From Diplonema japonicum (lineage: Eukaryota > Protista > Euglenozoa: Diplonemea): a DNA stretch of 64,000 nucleotides. Numbering within the stretch: the first letter of the stretch is position 1; every line of letters begins with the position of its first letter. Below the pieces are notes generated by a model, which did not search any database, was not told the DNA's origin, and was given only the letters and a program-made list of their open reading frames with translations. The stretch covers positions 124,001-188,000 of the forward strand of contig OZ025695.1 of the NCBI GenBank assembly GCA_964019335.1. The letters are read 5' to 3'. Below are positions 60,148 to 64,000 of the stretch, in pieces. Made by a program: the position numbers and the translations under genes.

Positions 60148-60460
60148 CTACCTGCACCTATCCCATTTCAGCAGCGGTTTCTCCTCCTTTGGTGGTCTTG
60201 CCGGCCTTCTCCCCAGCCTGGCCGCTCTTTCTCTTCGTTCTCTTGCCCATTGTCCTTTCAACGCCTCTAGGTCATGCTTGGTCTTCGGTGATGCAAATAT
60301 CGCCCTCCTGTTCCATCCGATCACCGCCTTTGTCCTCCCGATGGATCGTAGTGTGTGCACCCTTGTGCACGGCTCAGCTGGGAAGGCCCTCCTTCCTTTC
60401 ACCTTCTTTGAAAAAAAAATGTCAATCAGGGGAATTCCTGAGAATTTTAGTCGCTCTCAT
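60148..60460 (-). CDS. Small basic protein, probably mitochondrial, with an apparent one-base frameshift near 60430-60436
   Basis: MRATKILRN joins PLIDIFFSKKVKGRRAF...WDRCR* if one base is removed. Confidence 0.4.
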
Positions 60461-61553
60461 TAGTGAGTAAAAAGAAAGAGGAAGGAGATTGAGAGGAAAT
60501 GGCTTTTTTTTCATGTTTCTTTTTTTTTTTTTTTTCCGCTGTTATTAATTTTTCTTTTTTTTTAATAATTCTTTCCGAGAAGTGTGTGGAGAAAGGGAAA
60601 TAGAAGATGACCGCAGTGCGGCATATGTGTTGTGAATTTGGAGAGAATACGCTTTTGAGAAGGAGGTGAACGGGGAGGGGATTTTCTTTTTTAATAGTTT
60701 TTTTTTTTTTTTTTTTTTTTTTTTTCTTTCTTTCTTCCTCTTTTTCCTTAAACTTATCGTAGTCTCGGGCTGCAAATAAGCAAGTAAACTAGACCTTTTT
60801 TTTTGTTTTCCCCACGAAGGTACCCTAATAAGATTGCCTTTTGGTGGAGAAAAGAAGAGTAGAATAGAAAAAAAAGAAGGATATTATGGCACACCTTTGT
60901 CATTTTTCATTTTTTTTTCTTCGTGTCACTCATGGCCATACCATGAGAGCAGCGAGTGATTTCAATGATGAAAAGTGGAATAAACTACATACTTAACCGC
61001 CGAAAAAGCCGTTGGTTAAGTTCTTTTTTCTTTTTTTTTTTTTTTTTTTTTTTTTTTGCACGAGGGGCCATATAAAAAAATATTTAAAAAAAAAAAAAAA
61101 AAAAGCAAATCGGAAGCTATTCTTACAGTAAAATAGCTTTTTTTTTTTCTTATTACCTTGTTTTTTTTTTTCTCTCCTTTTTTTATTTTTTTCTTTACTG
61201 TAAAACGAAAGGGAAAAAAAAAAAAAAAAAAAAAGAAAAGCAAAAATACTCACACGAGAATGGCCTGTGACGGTATGAGCACCCACGTGGCTCCTCATCA
61301 TCAGGATATTGCTGGTTCCATGTGCAGGACTGGCATCGTGGGGTGAACCGAGAGCTGACTTAGCCCGCAAACCCGGGTTCATCCAGACAGCAGGACGGTG
61401 GCCATGGAAGTCAAAACTGGTTTTTCTTTTTTTTTTTTTTCTCTTTCGCTTTACAGTACATAAGCGTCGACCAAAGTTATTCTTTTATTAATTGAAAGTA
61501 GTGCAAGGAGAACAAGAAGCTTTATTTAACAAAATGAAAGAGAGAGGGCCAAC

Positions 61554-61589
<36 letters not shown>

Positions 61590-62240
61590 ACAGAAGGAAG
61601 GAACTCCCCTGTAAAAAAAAAAAAAAAAAATAACAAATTCTTCTGAATTTTCGTTTTTTCTTTTTCTTTTTTTTTTTTCCTTCTTCCCTCTCCCTTTCAT
61701 TTTCTTAACTTCTTTCATTCCATTGCAATCTTTTCTTTTTTTCCTTCTGTTTGTTTGCGTTCGTCTTTTCTTATTCTTCAAAAAAATATTGGGACATAAC
61801 AAAAAAAAATATAAAAAGATTATGAAACCACCAAGGTTTAGTTTCCTTTTTTTTTTACTTCTTTTTTTTTTTATACAAATAGAGAGGGGAAGGGGTAAAG
61901 AGAGAGAAAAATCGAGTGTGTATCTTACTCCATTCAGGGATATTTCAAATAAAAAGACGGGTTTTTGACATCTTTTTTTTTTGTGTTTACACATTCGATA
62001 TACGTAAGGAGGGGGGATGAGCGAGAAATAAAAAAAAAAAAAGAGGGGGAGAAAAAAAAGAAGAAGAAAAAAAACCGTCACCCTCCTGCTCCCCTTCCCC
62101 CTCCGCGCGATCTTGCAAAGGATTGATAGAAGAGGTACAGGGAGGCGAGGGGGGGGAAAAAAAAATGGTGGGAAGTTTAGAAAAAAAAGAGAGAAAAAAA
62201 AAGAAAAATTTGTGTTTTTTTTCTTTTTTTTCCCCTCCCC

Positions 62241-64000
62241 CTAGAAGCAGTTCTTCCAGGGTTTGTAGCAAATACTATCGTCTCGATCCCCTTTGCACAT
62301 TTTGACCTTCATGTTATATGTGTTGCCGCCATTCCTCCATTTGCTCTTTCTGGAATACTCAACCTGGCCCACCCACTTCCCGTTGGCGTGGTAGTAGGTC
62401 GGGTAGTCATGGCACTCACTGTAGAACTGACACTCCTCGTTGAGGGCACCCTCGAAAACAGCAGCTACCTGAGGGATCACCTCGACTGCGTTCATTTGAA
62501 CTGCAGCTAGGTTGTGGGTGTGCGCATAGCCAGCCAGCCACAGCATGTAGGTTACCGCTGCGTCTTTGACCTGCTGCTCTGTCTTCCCATTCTTGGTCTC
62601 GATGCGGCTGTAGCACTCCCAGTTGGTGAAGCAGTCAGTGTCATCAAATATCACGCCATCGCACCCAGCCGCGGCTGCTGCGTCCACCCTCGGTCCCACC
62701 GCTGCCTGCACGCCCTGTAAATCCGTCACGTCGATCCACTCTGAGCTCCACCCGTCTATGGGCCCCAGCGCCACAGCATCCCACGCTGCCTGGTTGTCCA
62801 TCACATCCTGCGCCCCGTACGACATCATCCCAGCGGAGAACTTGCACAGCACGATCTTATCTTGTGCTTTGTATGCTGCGATGTCCCCTGCAGGCAGGGT
62901 GGCAGGCACTACCACGATCTTCTGCCCAGTAGGATCATCGCTGCCACCCGAGTAGAAACCAAAGGCAAGGTTTGCCCACCCGTACTCAGGGAGCAAGGCT
63001 GTGATTGAGCCAGATGGCGGTTGGGGTGTCGGCTGAGGAGTGGGCACAGGAGTAGGTTCGGGTGTAGGCACGGGCGTGGGTTCAGGAGTCGGTACAGGAG
63101 TAGGCCCGGGAGTAGGCACAGGCGTGGGTTCGGGAGTCGGTGCAGGTGTAGGCTCGGGAGTGGGCACAGGGGTAGGTTCGGGAGTAGGCACGGGCGTGGG
63201 TTCGGGAGTCGGTGCAGGAGTAGGTTCGGGAGTCGGCACAGGAGTAGGTTCGGGAGTAGGCACAGGGGTAGGTTCGGGAGTAGGCACAGGGGTAGGCACA
63301 GGAGTAGGTTCGGGAGTCGGCACAGGGGTAGGTTCGGGAGTAGGCACAGGAGTAGGTTCGGGAGTAGGCACAGGGGTAGGTTCGGGAGTAGGCACAGTAG
63401 TAGGTTCGGGTGTGGGCACAGGCGTGGGCGCGGGAGTAGGCACAGGTGTAGGGTTCTGCCCCCATGGCACGACCACGTCGTCGTCAAAGGTGTCAATCCA
63501 GTTGCCGTTTTGGCAGAGCCCGTTGTTGTTGCTACCGTCGCAGTACTTGGTGGCCATTTTGTAAGTATCGTGGCCTTCTTCCCAATTACTATTGTCACTA
63601 TACTCAATGTTTCCGACCCACTTCCCTTGCTGGTGGAAGTAGTTGAGGTAGTTGCTGCACTCGTCGTAGTACTGGCACTGCTCGTTGACGGCACCATCGT
63701 AGAGGTGCGACATAGTGGGGATCAGGTCGATTGCGTTCTTCATGACAATGGAGAGACCAAGGCCGTGGGCGTAGTTGATTTGCCATTCATTGTAAGCAAT
63801 CTGCGCGGTCTTGACCTGCGCCTTGGTGTACCCGCTGATCTGATTGTAACAGGCACTGTTGTCGTAGCAGTCGATGTTGTCCGGCTCTATCCCGTGGCAT
63901 CCCTTTGCCTGTGCGGTATCGAAGCGTGGTGCCATGAGGGCACTCACGGCGGATAGTTTCGTGACGTCGATCCATTCCTCGTCCCAGTTGGACATGCTGC
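62241..64000 (-). CDS. Tandem GH114-like (endo-alpha-1,4-galactosaminidase family) protein with Pro/Thr/Glu linker; 5' end lies beyond the window
   Basis: Two domains: EWIDVT...[19 protein letters not shown]...KNA...AVNEQC and EWIDVT...[11 protein letters not shown]...ALNEEC. Confidence 0.85.
   Translation of the reverse strand, partial: SMSNWDEEWIDVTKLSAVSALMAPRFDTAQAKGCHGIEPDNIDCYDNSACYNQISGYTKAQVKTAQIAYNEWQINYAHGLGLSIVMKNAIDLIPTMSHLYDGAVNEQCQYYDECSNYLNYFHQQGKWVGNIEYSDNSNWEEGHDTYKMATKYCDGSNNNGLCQNGNWIDTFDDDVVVPWGQNPTPVPTPAPTPVPTPEPTTVPTPEPTPVPTPEPTPVPTPEPTPVPTPEPTPVPTPVPTPEPTPVPTPEPTPVPTPEPTPAPTPEPTPVPTPEPTPVPTPEPTPAPTPEPTPVPTPGPTPVPTPEPTPVPTPEPTPVPTPQPTPQPPSGSITALLPEYGWANLAFGFYSGGSDDPTGQKIVVVPATLPAGDIAAYKAQDKIVLCKFSAGMMSYGAQDVMDNQAAWDAVALGPIDGWSSEWIDVTDLQGVQAAVGPRVDAAAAAGCDGVIFDDTDCFTNWECYSRIETKNGKTEQQVKDAAVTYMLWLAGYAHTHNLAAVQMNAVEVIPQVAAVFEGALNEECQFYSECHDYPTYYHANGKWVGQVEYSRKSKWRNGGNTYNMKVKMCKGDRDDSICYKPWKNCF
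63015..63455 (-). repeat. Coding 24-bp tandem repeat (PTPEPTPV)n linker
   Basis: Repeated GGAGTAGGTTCGGGAGTAGGCACA-like units on the + strand. Confidence 0.95.

Noticed and set aside
61255-61410. GC-rich structured island, considered as a SECIS or ncRNA
   Set aside because: Hairpins are present but there is no GA/GA quartet geometry or recognisable family, and the upstream gene ends in TAG
63015-63455. Regular short repeats resembling a CRISPR array or satellite
   Set aside because: No unique spacers; it is the in-frame PT/PE linker

Overview
Eukaryotic nuclear DNA, most likely from a euglenozoan. A diplonemid is my inference from one-strand gene clustering combined with many short cis-introns. 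About 26 host genes all lie on the minus strand, some only ~110-160 bp apart, which fits polycistronic transcription with trans-splicing. Recognisable products: PMS2/MutL, Pol X (lambda-like), metaxin-like protein, poly(A) polymerase, aprataxin-like protein, LMBR1 protein, trehalose-6-P synthase, Leu/Phe-tRNA-protein transferase-like protein, deoxyhypusine synthase, a PITH protein, a PPR-like protein, TBCB, a SMYD methyltransferase and a tandem GH114. I reconstructed about 30 GT-AG introns by hand, mostly 33-70 nt; more than half have poly-A or purine tracts instead of a polypyrimidine tract. Mobile DNA includes two decayed LINE copies, a deleted piggyBac inside an intron, a hAT derivative with a 6-bp TSD, and several MITE or foldback elements. 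The top candidate novelty is the PITH gene: its frame ends ...K-Q-G-TGA-G-A-TAA, followed by a hairpin and a SECIS-like structure in the 3' UTR, suggesting a new selenoprotein. All gene models and folds are by eye; no searches were run.
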